A stretch of 64,000 bases of DNA from a virus. Taxonomy: Duplodnaviria > Caudoviricetes. The notes beneath the pieces were generated by a model. That model had not been told where the DNA came from, made no database searches, and saw only the letters and a list, made by a program, of their open reading frames with translations. The position numbers and the translations under genes are program-made. Location of the stretch: positions 32,001-96,000 of IMG/VR virus record IMGVR_UViG_3300037249_001405; one strand, given 5' to 3'. Every line of letters begins with the position of its first letter. The stretch's first letter is position 1. This document shows, one piece after another, positions 1-10,568 of this stretch.

Positions 1-1158
1 ATCTGAATTCATACTAGCATCCCAAATAGCTACCTCAAAGAAGTCCCTATTTAATACAGTCTGAGATGGAGTTCTTGTTCCATTCTTTGTATATGTATCT
101 AGAACTTTTGTGAGAACAGTATATTGTGAAGGTCCATTTTCGTTTAACTGTGCTTTCTGAGCGTTTGATAACTCTCTTGAAACAACAGCATCATGGTTGA
201 ATCTACGAATACGAACTTTAAGATCAGATGCAGAATTAAATACGTTAATAGCGTAATATGGTTCTGCTTCGAAATCTGTAAGTTTATTCAAATCAATGAT
301 TTTCTGTTTCTCTACTGTGAAATTTGGCTCAGCAACAGTAATGTAAGCCAGACCCTCTGTAAGATTAGGGTCGGTTTTGTCTAGAAAGTCAGCAGCTAGG
401 TAAACTTCCTTGAAATAAACGGTTCTAACAGAGTATTTGTCTGTAGTATTCGTGTCTATTCTAACAGAAACTTTACCATCGCCATCTGGTACCTCCGGGG
501 TATCATCATCCATTGCTACAGCAACTCCACTCCAGAATGAGTAATCTGGACTAAAGAACTTGGAAGTTTCATTTAACTTGTCAACCAAATCAGGAATATT
601 ATCTACGAAATAGTCATAGAGTGGTCCGTTATCATCAGTTAAGTTACCAAAAACACCTACTCCAGCTACGTTAATAGCCCAACCTTCTTGAACAGGGTCT
701 GTAGAATCTACACCAGTTTGATCGATAACAATCTTGAATGGAGTATCCATTCTCTTTAATAGCTCACCATCTCTTAGTACGTAAGAAGCATTGGGATCAT
801 CACCAACCAAAGGTTTAGCAAAATTAACTCCTTGTGCAGCTGAAGCACGACTAACGAGAAGTGTATTAGAACCAGCTAGCCTATAACCATTAGACCAGAT
901 AGTTGAAGGAAGTGTAGAATCTCCACCTGTGTAGAACTTGTTTAAACCTTCCACATACTCTTTTGATAAATCACCGGATGCATAAGTCTTTATAAAATCC
1001 TTTTGACTTGTGATCAATGTCGGCGTTGTAGGACCTGTATCAGAGATCACTACGCAGCCGATAATTAGATCTTCCCCGGCAGTTGGATTGATTGTAACAC
1101 TTTTAACTCTCTCTTGAACTTTGATATATGGTTCAAGTGTTTCTTTCCATTGTGCCAT
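1..1158 (-). CDS. Probable tail sheath protein, N-terminal part (runs off window start)
   Basis: ATG at 1158; MAQWKETLEPYIKVQERVKSV...GPTTPTLITSQKDFIKTY resembles contractile-sheath N-termini (PxVxVxE, GPxxxPxLITS); lies in the structural gene cluster. Confidence 0.65.
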   Translation of the reverse strand, partial: MAQWKETLEPYIKVQERVKSVTINPTAGEDLIIGCVVISDTGPTTPTLITSQKDFIKTYASGDLSKEYVEGLNKFYTGGDSTLPSTIWSNGYRLAGSNTLLVSRASAAQGVNFAKPLVGDDPNASYVLRDGELLKRMDTPFKIVIDQTGVDSTDPVQEGWAINVAGVGVFGNLTDDNGPLYDYFVDNIPDLVDKLNETSKFFSPDYSFWSGVAVAMDDDTPEVPDGDGKVSVRIDTNTTDKYSVRTVYFKEVYLAADFLDKTDPNLTEGLAYITVAEPNFTVEKQKIIDLNKLTDFEAEPYYAINVFNSASDLKVRIRRFNHDAVVSRELSNAQKAQLNENGPSQYTVLTKVLDTYTKNGTRTPSQTVLNRDFFEVAIWDASMNSD

Positions 1159-1198
1159 AATTTATAATTAATTAGACTTTATTAATTAAATTTATATA

Positions 1199-2968
1199 CT
1201 AACCCACTTCAACTAAGTAAACTGGGTATTTACTTCTAATGAAATAATTACATATACCAGCTACTAAACCAGCATTAGCTGAATTATCCTCAATAGTTGT
1301 TATAGTTATTTCATTATACTTATCTTCCATTTTTGTCGTAACAGCGCTAGAGTTTGGTAGTCTAGTTATCATATCCTTTGTTAGATCTTTCAATCTATCA
1401 TCGGCAACCATGTTGATTATCAGATTCATCTCACCTGATGATCTAGAAATAACTATACTAACTCTGCTCTTTAATTCATCGGCTTTCTTTGGGTCTCTTG
1501 TGAAATGAACACCTTCTTTAAATCCGGATGCTTTCAAATCGTCTACGACAGATGTCATTAATCTAGCATCGACAGTAGCTTTTCTATTGGATATATCGGA
1601 TCCTTTCTTTATAGCATGATGTAATGCACCTAATGCAGCACCAACTATAGAACCCGCACCCATGAATATAAGTGCTCTACCTAAATTTCCTCTACCACCG
1701 TCAGCAGCTCTTGATACAATTCCGGATAGAGTACCAACACCACCGCCGATACCAGCACCACGAATCATATCATCACTAAGGCTAAAGTCTTTTCTTTTGA
1801 ATTTAGCTCCACCCTTTCTTTCAAATATCGTATTTCCAGTAATAAAGTTTACTCTAATACCACCCCATAACATAGGTGCTATTACTTTATCCACTAGTGA
1901 ATAAATGTATGAAATATCGTCACCACCAACTACTTGAAGTTCTACTTGATAGCCATTCTTACACAATGTCTTTGCTGTATAATCAGCATTTTGGAAGTAG
2001 TGACAATAACTATCAAGGGCATCATTAATTATCTGTAATTCCTGACGAATTGGGTTATTAACGTACATAACTAATACACCAAATCTGAGTGTCATGTTAA
2101 CAGTAAATGAATCAGGTTTACCATCAACACAGAAAGGAACTACATACCTATCCCTAGTGTGGGTAGTTACTTTTGACCTTGAAGTTACCTTTCCACTAGT
2201 TGTTGTAGTAGTGTTATTATAATCATGTCCATAGTTATTGCTGTGACCACTATTATAGCTGCTATAAGGACTTGTATAAGATGTGTAAGAACCTCCTCCG
2301 TAGTGATGAGAGCTAGATGTTGTTTCTGTTGTTGTAGGTGATTCATAACCGTACTCATCTTCAATATCCATAGCATCCTCATGATAATATGAATCGATCA
2401 CATCAAGAAGATGAATAGTAGAAAGATGAGAATTAGGTGCTTTGAATTCAGATTCATCAGCTACTTTGTACAAATATGAAGCTAATGCAGTTACACCAGC
2501 AGCTAATAGACCACCAATAGCAGCACCTTGAGCTGGGCCTGCATGATCACCCATACCAGCGAGTGCACCAACACCAGCACCAACAGCGCCCATACCTGCT
2601 ACTAAACCAGGTGAGAACTCATAGGTTTTTCTCTTTCCGTCCTTATAGCCTCCTGATTCAATAGAAAATAGTTTATTTCTAAATTTAACGAAAAAACCTT
2701 CTTTTTTTGGCTGAGACTGCATAACTACTTGTGGTTGTGAATTACTCATTAAATCTTTATTAGTATTCATAGTATGATCTACTTTTGTAAGAGCATTTGT
2801 TAATTTATTCATTGCTTTTAGCTGCTCAGCCTGATTTTTATTTGCATCAGATAATCTTCTTCTATTTGTAGCTAAATTAGCAATAGAAAGACCCAATCCG
2901 GTGATTCCGGTAGTGGCCGATATCGCCTTAATTGGGTCATCTTGTATTAATTTTTTTAGTTTTGACAT
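1199..2968 (-). CDS. Putative virion-internal polyprotein with glycine-zipper membrane segments
   Basis: 589 aa; Gly/Ala-rich hydrophobic helices; KFRNKLF|S and KRKDF|S motifs separate the modules. Confidence 0.7.
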   Translation of the reverse strand: MSKLKKLIQDDPIKAISATTGITGLGLSIANLATNRRRLSDANKNQAEQLKAMNKLTNALTKVDHTMNTNKDLMSNSQPQVVMQSQPKKEGFFVKFRNKLFSIESGGYKDGKRKTYEFSPGLVAGMGAVGAGVGALAGMGDHAGPAQGAAIGGLLAAGVTALASYLYKVADESEFKAPNSHLSTIHLLDVIDSYYHEDAMDIEDEYGYESPTTTETTSSSHHYGGGSYTSYTSPYSSYNSGHSNNYGHDYNNTTTTTSGKVTSRSKVTTHTRDRYVVPFCVDGKPDSFTVNMTLRFGVLVMYVNNPIRQELQIINDALDSYCHYFQNADYTAKTLCKNGYQVELQVVGGDDISYIYSLVDKVIAPMLWGGIRVNFITGNTIFERKGGAKFKRKDFSLSDDMIRGAGIGGGVGTLSGIVSRAADGGRGNLGRALIFMGAGSIVGAALGALHHAIKKGSDISNRKATVDARLMTSVVDDLKASGFKEGVHFTRDPKKADELKSRVSIVISRSSGEMNLIINMVADDRLKDLTKDMITRLPNSSAVTTKMEDKYNEITITTIEDNSANAGLVAGICNYFIRSKYPVYLVEVG

Positions 2969-3058
2969 TTAATTGTAACTATTATAACTATTATTTTATA
3001 ACTTGTACATAGTAGTAATAATAGTCTTTTCTAAAAATTACTAACGTATGCACTACTA

Positions 3059-3835
3059 TTAATAAGTATAATCCGTTCTACCACGTTGATTCTTATACCA
3101 ATCAACTCTCTCTCTTCTAGCAGCTAATCTCTGAGCATCGCCCAAACGTCTGTTATACTCACTAATCTCTTCCTTACCTTTATTACGTTTATGTATAGCA
3201 GCAAGGCCTGCACCAAGAGCACCAACAGCGCCGCCAAGTATAGCACCTCTACCGGCACCACGTCCGATATTTCCACCTTTTCTGAACATATTAACGCCAG
3301 TTCCTATTGTAGCACCTAAACCAGCACCTACAGCAGCACCAGCTAGCGTAGTTCCGACAGCCCTACCTGCTGAGTATGGGTTTTTCTTTTTTTCCTGAGC
3401 AAGAACATCCGCGTCATTCATGTCACGAAGTGTGTTATATCTGTCATAATTTGTCACGGTAGCAAACATCTTTTCGATAGCGTAATCTACCCCGTCTTCA
3501 AATCCCTCACTATAGGTTTTATCTTTCTTAGTAGCTTTGTGAATACCGTAACCAGCGGCAGCTAATACTGGTGCAGCGGCAGCTGCAATCATACCAGCTT
3601 TACCCCACTTACCAGCCTTCATGTATCTATCCTTTACATTCTTTGGTAGATCTTTAATTTTATCCCATAGAGACTTTTCGTAATTTCCCCTTAAACCAGG
3701 GTCTCCTGCTGGTCCAATTGCTAAAGGACTGCTAGCAGGTGGTAACTTATCAGCAAACATCTTCTCAATAGCATAATCTACTCCAGCCTCGAATGCTTCA
3801 CTATACAATCTTTCTTCTGTACTCATTTTTATCAT
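3059..3835 (-). CDS. Leader-module glycine-zipper protein (two YSE-x-FE-x-G-x-DYAIEKMF modules)
   Basis: ERLYSEAFEAGVDYAIEKMFA and KTYSEGFEDGVDYAIEKMFA; GxxxG helices; probable start at 3826. Confidence 0.8.
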   Translation of the reverse strand: MIKMSTEERLYSEAFEAGVDYAIEKMFADKLPPASSPLAIGPAGDPGLRGNYEKSLWDKIKDLPKNVKDRYMKAGKWGKAGMIAAAAAPVLAAAGYGIHKATKKDKTYSEGFEDGVDYAIEKMFATVTNYDRYNTLRDMNDADVLAQEKKKNPYSAGRAVGTTLAGAAVGAGLGATIGTGVNMFRKGGNIGRGAGRGAILGGAVGALGAGLAAIHKRNKGKEEISEYNRRLGDAQRLAARRERVDWYKNQRGRTDYTY

Positions 3836-3861
3836 TTTTAATTTTTAATTTTTATTCTTGA

Positions 3862-5574
3862 TTATTGAATTGCTTGTTCTTTATAATCATCATATGCGTA
3901 TGCATTTGGATCTATAGCTTTTAATGGTTTATTTACCATTTTTTCACCTAAATCCATTGTTTTTCCCATTACATAAAATCCAGTACCTATTGATCCAGCC
4001 ATAGTTAGTTTCTTATGGTTACCGACCCATTTACCAACATTCTGTAATGCTTTACTGTCATATTTTTTACCAGCATCTGTAATACGGTTTGCAAAATTAT
4101 CAACTCCAGCTAACCCTCTTCCACCAGTGAAACTATCTATTTTTGCTAGTGTATTTCGTACAGGAGCTTTGAAGAAATTTCTAATACCCGATCCAAAACT
4201 GTATTGACGCTGTTGTTGTGGTTGCATCATCTGCTTTGTACCACTGTTATTAGTTAATTGTTGCTTAGTTGGTAGAGGTGATAACCCTTTTCTTGCTCTA
4301 GCCATGTCTGACAAGGCTTTTAGTTTATCCTTCTCCGTGGCATAACCGGCTACATTTGGTATTTCAAACATAGATGACATTACAAGTGCCATAGGACCTG
4401 CTACATTCTCTTTTACATAATGCCCTAGTTTTTGCCCCCTAGTGAGCGATTCGGTCCTGACTAGTCTAGGCGAGTTTGTTCTATTACCCTGGGGGTTTAT
4501 TTGTTTAGTCCAATACTCTTTTCCAGTTATATTACCGAATTGATCCCTACCAATCCTTTCCTCTAAACCGGGATTTGTATTAGAATACATCTGTTGCTGT
4601 TCCTTCTGCATATCTCGAATGGCTGCCATATCTATACCATTTTTCTTCATATTATGTTGTAATCCTTTATTTACACCATAATGTACAGCAGCCATTCCAG
4701 CACCACCAGCTACTCCAGCTATTACTTTATTTCTGTGATCCCAGATCATATCCCCGGCCACTTTTCCAGCACCATTAACAAATTTACCAACTCCAGAGTT
4801 ATACCACTTATTACCTAAACCTGAAATAAACTTATTAACATAAATCTTTTGTCTGAATTTTATATTAGTTTTTTGGGATCCTTGATTATTGTTATCAGAA
4901 TATGATTTCTGTACACCACTATTTGTAGCTGAGTTCAAAGTATTAACGAAACCGGTAGTTTGGGACTCTAAAGGAGATGTTAGATTTTTCATACTGTTTA
5001 GTTGATTTTTTAAATCTTTTAAATTACTACTTGCACCTTTTGCACCCTGCCAACTACCGTAAGCTCCCCAAGTTGTCATAGCACCTGTGATTGGACTGGA
5101 AGCAGTTTCCATTGTTATTTTTTTCAAGTCACCCCAATTCTTTGCTGCAGGCATCGCAGAAAAACCCATCAAAGATTTTGCTGTTCCCAAAAGCCCAAAA
5201 AGTTTTCTTTTCAGATTTGGTTCGCTGTATGCTTTAGTTGATAAATCATTACCTACGGACATCACTGCATTAGCCGTTGCTGGGTTAGATGAAGTAGTTT
5301 GGTTTTTGTTAATGGATTCTGCTAATTTGTTTGTAGCTTCTATCTTCTGCTTTTCGAGTGCTTGAGCTTTGTAATCATTAACTGCTTGTTGCTTAGCCAT
5401 CTGGCGCTGAATTTCATTTGCCTCTGAAGAATCCATAGCACCTTTGACACCAGTTACAGCACCGACAGCAGTACCGCCCGCTGTAATCCACGGCATTGCA
5501 GATGTCAACGCTGATCCAGCAGCAGCTAAAGCCGGTAATGCAAAAGTTTTACTTCTTCTTCTAAATTTTTTCAT
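3862..5574 (-). CDS. Putative virion-internal membrane-active polyprotein
   Basis: MKKFRRRSKTF|A leader; internal KAY|S, KLF|G, KSY|S, KIY|V and RQY|S sites; several Gly/Ala-rich helices. Confidence 0.75.
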   Translation of the reverse strand: MKKFRRRSKTFALPALAAAGSALTSAMPWITAGGTAVGAVTGVKGAMDSSEANEIQRQMAKQQAVNDYKAQALEKQKIEATNKLAESINKNQTTSSNPATANAVMSVGNDLSTKAYSEPNLKRKLFGLLGTAKSLMGFSAMPAAKNWGDLKKITMETASSPITGAMTTWGAYGSWQGAKGASSNLKDLKNQLNSMKNLTSPLESQTTGFVNTLNSATNSGVQKSYSDNNNQGSQKTNIKFRQKIYVNKFISGLGNKWYNSGVGKFVNGAGKVAGDMIWDHRNKVIAGVAGGAGMAAVHYGVNKGLQHNMKKNGIDMAAIRDMQKEQQQMYSNTNPGLEERIGRDQFGNITGKEYWTKQINPQGNRTNSPRLVRTESLTRGQKLGHYVKENVAGPMALVMSSMFEIPNVAGYATEKDKLKALSDMARARKGLSPLPTKQQLTNNSGTKQMMQPQQQRQYSFGSGIRNFFKAPVRNTLAKIDSFTGGRGLAGVDNFANRITDAGKKYDSKALQNVGKWVGNHKKLTMAGSIGTGFYVMGKTMDLGEKMVNKPLKAIDPNAYAYDDYKEQAIQ

Positions 5575-5590
5575 AATTATATATTAATTT

Positions 5591-5893
5591 TTACACACCA
5601 GCGGAAGATTGTGCTTGCAAATCTTTACCTGCATCACTCAATCCTTGACCTAAACTCTTAGTTGCTTCCTTACCTATCTTATATGCGGCTACCCTACCTA
5701 TCAAGCTTCCTCCAGGAATTACGCCACTAAGAGCATTACCAGCCATTTCACCTATAGGAGACATAGCAGCACCTATACCTACACCTGTACTAACAATACC
5801 GTTATTAAGTGTCTTTCCTGTAGCATCCATTGCACCACCAGCGGTTTCTCCAAAGATACCAAAGGTTTTTCTTTTTAATCTGTATCTTGCCAT
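5591..5893 (-). CDS. Small Gly-rich leader-bearing protein
   Basis: MARYRLKRKTF|G followed by a Gly-rich hydrophobic stretch. Confidence 0.75.
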   Translation of the reverse strand: MARYRLKRKTFGIFGETAGGAMDATGKTLNNGIVSTGVGIGAAMSPIGEMAGNALSGVIPGGSLIGRVAAYKIGKEATKSLGQGLSDAGKDLQAQSSAGV

Positions 5894-6102
5894 TTTCCTA
5901 ATCTTCCTTGATTTAATTCCTTATTCATCTCTCTAATCTCCTTACCTAGATTACCTACACCAGAACCAAGTTCTCTTTTGGTCTCGTATCTGCTTAATCT
6001 ATTCATATCCATATCATATTTTCGATCACGAATAAATCCAGCATTACCTGATGTACCTATAAGTTGATTAGCTGAATAATGTTTATTAATGTAGACTATC
6101 AT
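5875..6102 (-). CDS. Small leader-bearing hypothetical protein
   Basis: MIVYINKHY|S; abuts or overlaps both neighbours. Confidence 0.65.
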   Translation of the reverse strand: MIVYINKHYSANQLIGTSGNAGFIRDRKYDMDMNRLSRYETKRELGSGVGNLGKEIREMNKELNQGRLGKWQDTD

Positions 6103-6743
6103 TATAGGTTAAGTAAGTATACCTTATAATTAATACCAAACGGTAATATCTTCAATGCTTTTACTGCATCCTGAATTGTTGGGAACTCTAATACAAGAGA
6201 TCTTTCTTTCTTATCGTACTTCAATGTTTCACCGGTCAACTCAGAAGTTTCATAGCTTAAATCAATGTTAGGAGTAAATGTTGCCCTGATATCTGGGTGG
6301 AACTTATCATCACTAAATAACTTTATTCTTTTATTTCCACTAGAAAAAGGAGCAGAGTTATTCTTCTGATATAATCTGTTTCTACTACCTAACTTTTGAT
6401 CATAATTTCCTTGATCTATATTTGGATCTGCCCACTCTGCATTCTCTAATGTCATACCAAGGTTTCCTATTTTATGCATTTTAGTATAACCGGGAAGCCT
6501 TACTTGGTCTGGCATTTTTGCTTTTGCTCCTATTTTTAAGTACATACGATAACGATCCTTATGTCCAAATGCTGTTGAGATTACAAATCTCTCAATAACA
6601 ACACTATTCTCTTTTAAAACAGGAAGCAAAGAGTGTTCATCTATGACACTGAACGGAATATCACGAGTATTTCTTTGCATTTCTACGTAAAGAGATCTCA
6701 TGGCATCGTATTCCGTAAATATCTTTTGTCTAAAAATTGCCAT
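6102..6743 (-). CDS. Hypothetical virion protein
   Basis: MAIFRQKIF|T leader and internal KLF|S; in the structural operon. Confidence 0.7.
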   Translation of the reverse strand: MAIFRQKIFTEYDAMRSLYVEMQRNTRDIPFSVIDEHSLLPVLKENSVVIERFVISTAFGHKDRYRMYLKIGAKAKMPDQVRLPGYTKMHKIGNLGMTLENAEWADPNIDQGNYDQKLGSRNRLYQKNNSAPFSSGNKRIKLFSDDKFHPDIRATFTPNIDLSYETSELTGETLKYDKKERSLVLEFPTIQDAVKALKILPFGINYKVYLLNL

Positions 6744-6759
6744 AATTTATTTTATGTTA

Positions 6760-7131
6760 TTAACATACTACTGAAAGATTGTATTTCCTACCTAAAATTT
6801 CTAGAATATCATAAATAATACCCTCATGTTCACATTCTGCGGTTATTATTCTTTTTGTAGTATCTATACTAATTATATTTAGACGAAATATATCTTTCAA
6901 TAATTTCTGTGTATATCTATATAATTCTTTATCCTGAACACTTATTTGATAATTCCCATGATCATTGAGAATAAATGAGACAAGAACCATTGATTTTGAA
7001 TTGACTTTTGACGCAGCATCAGCCTGTTCAGGAGATATTTTATTGACTTTAATACCACTAGCATCGAAAAATTCTAATGCTTTAGGCATCATGTCAGTTA
7101 TGATTGTTTTCTTTTGTCTAAATGAAATCAT
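6760..7131 (-). CDS. Hypothetical protein
   Basis: 123 aa ORF; ATGA overlap with the upstream gene. Confidence 0.7.
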   Translation of the reverse strand: MISFRQKKTIITDMMPKALEFFDASGIKVNKISPEQADAASKVNSKSMVLVSFILNDHGNYQISVQDKELYRYTQKLLKDIFRLNIISIDTTKRIITAECEHEGIIYDILEILGRKYNLSVVC

Positions 7132-8225
7132 GATTCGTTGCTTTTTTGACTCATTAAGGTTGCTGAAATATCCTCTAAGAATTTATATCTTGTGTCGAAT
7201 ACTTCATAAAAATATAATTCACATCGGAATTGACATTGATAAGAGAAGTTTGAATTATCATCAGGTTGATACATATGATTAAACTCTTCCGTTATACCAC
7301 CTGTCCATTTTATAGCTGCTGTCCATCTATTGCCATATTTATCTGTTGTTTTGAACTCACAGAAATTACTTAATAGATTTACATTGTTAAATTTATTCTT
7401 AAAATCAAAGAATAAAACCATATCAGTTGTATGTAAGGTAAAATCAACTGGAATTCTTTGACTTATAATATTTTCATCAAAATCATCTATGTATGGGTGA
7501 TTAATCTTCATAGGAGTTTGCGAGAATTGATAAGTTATATAAGAAGTTTTTGTTAATGTAGCTTCTTTATTCATTCTAACCAATTCTACACCATAATCAT
7601 CTAGTATTCTTCTAATTTCCAGTATAAACTGATCCTGATAATCAATGGCTCTTATTACATAATCATCATATCTTCTCCTAAGATAGAATATTTCAGTTGA
7701 GTCAGAAGTTAAGTCAACGTTATTATCCTTTATAAGAATTTTCGGAAAATTTCTTATAGTCCAGTTCACCGGCTTCTTACCTATAGGGGCAATGTACTTT
7801 AAATTACCTGAAAAGAATACATAATCTACAAATTTTTCATCTAATGCATCATTCTTTGATACAACTATTGTGGTTTGGTAATAATCCTGAACAACTCTTG
7901 ATTCACTATCGTCGACAATAACAATATTTATTGTGTGTGAATCTGAAGTTAATTTTTTAAACTTAAGGGAGTTTAAAGAAAATGTTACGTCAGTGAATCT
8001 CTTAGGAAGATTAGTGGGTAACATTTTCAAGTCATTGTCAGTTTTTTCTAACCCTAGTAACTCGCTTATTGTACTAGAAGTTGAACCTGGTGTATAGTTT
8101 AGAATTAATGTAGATGTTTTTGTATCTTCTATCAACCCTATAGAATTAGTTTCAACAACTGAATAATATTTACAACCTTTTTTAGACTCAAGTTTCAATC
8201 CTCTGTAAATTATTTGGTTGCTCAT
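7128..8225 (-). CDS. Hypothetical structural protein (possibly neck or tail completion)
   Basis: 365 aa between capsid and sheath genes; function guessed from position only. Confidence 0.55.
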   Translation of the reverse strand: MSNQIIYRGLKLESKKGCKYYSVVETNSIGLIEDTKTSTLILNYTPGSTSSTISELLGLEKTDNDLKMLPTNLPKRFTDVTFSLNSLKFKKLTSDSHTINIVIVDDSESRVVQDYYQTTIVVSKNDALDEKFVDYVFFSGNLKYIAPIGKKPVNWTIRNFPKILIKDNNVDLTSDSTEIFYLRRRYDDYVIRAIDYQDQFILEIRRILDDYGVELVRMNKEATLTKTSYITYQFSQTPMKINHPYIDDFDENIISQRIPVDFTLHTTDMVLFFDFKNKFNNVNLLSNFCEFKTTDKYGNRWTAAIKWTGGITEEFNHMYQPDDNSNFSYQCQFRCELYFYEVFDTRYKFLEDISATLMSQKSNES

Positions 8226-8231
8226 GTTAGA

Positions 8232-8960
8232 TTAATTAATCGGAACTACATCTTCCGTTACTAAATTAGAAAACTTTGGTTGAGTTTTTACTTTAACACC
8301 CTGGTCAATCTTAGTTATTTGTATATCATTAGCTGGATTATGAGCTGGAAGTGCTAATGGATTTGGAGCTGATCCTGGAGCCTGGCTACTATTAGCCGTT
8401 CTAGCTTGTGGTAATGCTAATGGACTTCCACCACCACTAACTGGTTTTACAGGATTAGGAGCTGATCCTGCATTACTTCTAGCTCCTGGATCATAAGGAG
8501 GTGGTGTAACCGGAGGTTTTGTTGTAGGTTGGGTTTTTTTACCAGCACTACTGGTTGATGCGCCACCGTTTGCAGTAATTCCAGCTTTCAGCTCTCTTAC
8601 TTTATTTGCAGCTGACATCTTTACAACATCATCACTCTTTAATGCATCTTTCATTGCCTGAGCTCTAGCTTGGTCACTCGCCCACTTTGCTTTATCTGTG
8701 ATACCAGCTTTCATCATGGCAGTAGCTTCAGCTGCAGCATTTTGGCCAGAACGAGCCATTTGATGCCAACCTAGTGCATTACCCATCCTAGTATGCATGT
8801 TACCAGCAAATTGTTGAGCATGTCTACCAAATAAACCAGCCTTAGCTCCGAAATGAGCACCAACTAATGCTCCCGTTGTTAACAAGCCATTCCTAATCCA
8901 ATGTGACTCATTACCTTGCTCTGGATTATCAAAATATTTTTGATCTAAATAAACTATCAT
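8232..8960 (-). CDS. Leader-bearing protein with Gly-rich membrane segment and Pro-rich tail
   Basis: MIVYLDQKYF|D; GLLTTGALVGAHFGAKAG; GSAPNP twice. Confidence 0.7.
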   Translation of the reverse strand: MIVYLDQKYFDNPEQGNESHWIRNGLLTTGALVGAHFGAKAGLFGRHAQQFAGNMHTRMGNALGWHQMARSGQNAAAEATAMMKAGITDKAKWASDQARAQAMKDALKSDDVVKMSAANKVRELKAGITANGGASTSSAGKKTQPTTKPPVTPPPYDPGARSNAGSAPNPVKPVSGGGSPLALPQARTANSSQAPGSAPNPLALPAHNPANDIQITKIDQGVKVKTQPKFSNLVTEDVVPIN

Positions 8961-8980
8961 ATTAAAAAATTAAATAAAAA

Positions 8981-9013
8981 AAGGATTTCTAGACATTATA
9001 TCTAGAAATCCTC
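8981..9013 (-). terminator. Intrinsic terminator after the major capsid gene
   Basis: Inverted repeat AGGATTTCTAGA/TCTAGAAATCCT followed by a T-run on the minus strand. Confidence 0.7.
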
Positions 9014-9033
9014 AATGTTTATTCTATCATGAA

Positions 9034-10548
9034 CTAGATTCCGTAGTTGAAGGTAACCTTTTGTACGAGCTCAGGTGCTAGATATTTAATACCCTCTTGG
9101 TAGTAAATACCAGAAGCCATCTGAGTTGGGTTGTTGTAGTTACCAACAGTAGGAGTATCTGTCAAAGGCATGTAGATACCACGGGCCAAAGGAGCCATCT
9201 GACCATCCTGTGTCTTGATAATAGCATAGAATGTAGCTTCACTCTCATGTACATTCTCAGCAATATCAACAGAACGGAGTACAGGAATACCATTGTACCA
9301 ACCGAGCAAGTCGTTGATATAGGTCATCTTTGTGTTAGGTTCCCATTTTCCGATCATACCACCCTTCTGGAACTGGTTAGAAGCAGCATTACCTGCAACA
9401 TAAGCAGTTACAGTAACAGACTTAGTAGCCTTAACAGCTAGGTTAGCCTCTACGTGAATTAGATAAGAGTCAAATAGGTCTACTCTTGAACGATAGTCAT
9501 GGAACTGTTGACTCATCTCATTTACTGTGAGATTCAAATCAGTCATAACATCATCTCCAGTGTAATCCTTCTCGAGTGTGCTTACGAGCTTGTAGTTGAT
9601 ACACTTTGTGTAGAGCTCACGAAGCTTTGTGAATAGGAATGTAGCCATATCCGATCCAGTAGCTTTCTTCAAAGCACCAAGAGCAGCGATATTGTATTCA
9701 GCAACTAGCATATCCGGAACAGTGGATAGACCGATCTGTTGCATCTTAGCAATAAATCTCTTGTCGTTTGCGTGAACGTTAGAAGCACCATTTGTGTTAG
9801 AAGGAGTACCAGTTACATCCTCTTTACCGATTGCTACAAGAGTACTAGTAGCTGTAAGCTTATTAGCCAAAGCTGTAGTAAGCTGGAACTCAATAGTACC
9901 ATTGATGTAGTTGATGTTCTTTTTAACCTTTCCTGTAGTAGCGTCGATGATTGGCTCAACTACACCAGGAACTGCCATGAAGCTAGCCTGTCCATTATCG
10001 ATAAGCTCGAAAGTTTCAGTAACAGTTGTACCATTCTTAATCTCACCCTTGATTCTTACAGTACCAGGAACAATCTTCCTACCAGTTACAGTAGTAAAGC
10101 TTGCTGTTTTATCACCTGTTACAGTGAACTCTGTCTTGAAAGAACCAGTAGTGTTAATGTCCTGGTAGCTATCAGGTCCGAGGTTTGGAACAACCTGACG
10201 GAGATCAGTTACACCGAGAACGTCAAACCAGTAGAACAAACCGTTAGGTTGTTCAAAGTCACGTTCAATTGACATATAACCAGCGAAAGAAGATACATAA
10301 GATGCAACAGATGCATTGAAGTATTGGTTGCTCAATAGCGGAGTCTCAGCATAACCAGAGAAGGTTTTCTGAAGTAGGTTGCTATTTTGACCCATACCAA
10401 AAATGTTGTTCATCATATCTTCATTTCTACTGAACATCTTTGCGTATTCCTCAGAACGACGAATAGCATCGTCCATAGATACGGAACCACCTCTCAATGC
10501 TTCGAGCATCTGAGGAGTCTGCATAAAATCTAAATATTGATTAACCAT
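9034..10548 (-). CDS. Major capsid protein (T4 gp23-like)
   Basis: 504 aa; follows protease and scaffold genes; QPNGLFYWFD and GIYMPL...PTQMASGIYYQEG resemble gp23-family motifs; N-terminal AKMF|S and QKTF|S sites. Confidence 0.8.
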   Translation of the reverse strand: MVNQYLDFMQTPQMLEALRGGSVSMDDAIRRSEEYAKMFSRNEDMMNNIFGMGQNSNLLQKTFSGYAETPLLSNQYFNASVASYVSSFAGYMSIERDFEQPNGLFYWFDVLGVTDLRQVVPNLGPDSYQDINTTGSFKTEFTVTGDKTASFTTVTGRKIVPGTVRIKGEIKNGTTVTETFELIDNGQASFMAVPGVVEPIIDATTGKVKKNINYINGTIEFQLTTALANKLTATSTLVAIGKEDVTGTPSNTNGASNVHANDKRFIAKMQQIGLSTVPDMLVAEYNIAALGALKKATGSDMATFLFTKLRELYTKCINYKLVSTLEKDYTGDDVMTDLNLTVNEMSQQFHDYRSRVDLFDSYLIHVEANLAVKATKSVTVTAYVAGNAASNQFQKGGMIGKWEPNTKMTYINDLLGWYNGIPVLRSVDIAENVHESEATFYAIIKTQDGQMAPLARGIYMPLTDTPTVGNYNNPTQMASGIYYQEGIKYLAPELVQKVTFNYGI

Positions 10549-10568
10549 TTTATATTAAATTCTTTTTA

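Noticed and set aside
3059-5893. Classical double-glycine bacteriocin operon
   Set aside because: No GG-type leader, transporter or immunity genes; the context and shared motif point to head morphogenesis.
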